From: Armatimonadota bacterium
Lineage (GTDB): Bacteria > Armatimonadota > Zipacnadia > Zipacnadales > UBA5352
Length of the DNA stretch: 15,524 nt
Direction: 5' to 3'
NCBI GenBank assembly: GCA_034722055.1
Contig: JAYENL010000017.1
Location: 1 to 15,524 of the forward strand
Shown here: positions 15,519 through 15,524 of the stretch, piece by piece
Numbering within the stretch: the first letter of the stretch is position 1
Layout: every line of letters starts with the position of its first letter
Program-made: the position numbers and the translations under genes
The notes under the pieces: generated by a model
Databases searched by the model: none
The model's input: the letters and a program-made list of their open reading frames with translations, nothing else
What the model was told of the DNA's origin: nothing

Positions 15519-15524
15519 GCGATG

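Overview
High-GC bacterial DNA, probably from a diderm because it encodes an outer-membrane beta-barrel. From left to right: (1) The 5' end (domain I) of a group IIC intron on the minus strand (1-120, truncated by the window), inserted just downstream of a REP-like hairpin that recurs at 373-398. (2) A minus-strand redox operon with a good sigma70 promoter: thioredoxin, D-2-hydroxyacid dehydrogenase, AhpE-like peroxiredoxin, DsbA-like protein. (3) A divergent uroporphyrinogen-decarboxylase-family gene and a possible small membrane protein. (4) A plus-strand operon (4906-13465) encoding a PorV/FadL-like outer-membrane barrel, a stand-alone FabF-like ketosynthase with a non-canonical Cys-His-Gln triad, a multi-TM GAF-PAS histidine kinase, a paralogous pseudo-receiver GAF-PAS pseudokinase and a REC-HK-REC hybrid kinase. 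(5) A convergent cobalamin-binding radical SAM gene. (6) A mosaic of two alternating REP-like families at the right end. The most interesting candidate system is (4), possibly with (5), as a ketosynthase-linked lipid-signal production or sensing circuit; that function is inferred, not shown. All family calls come from recognising motifs by eye; no database searches were run.
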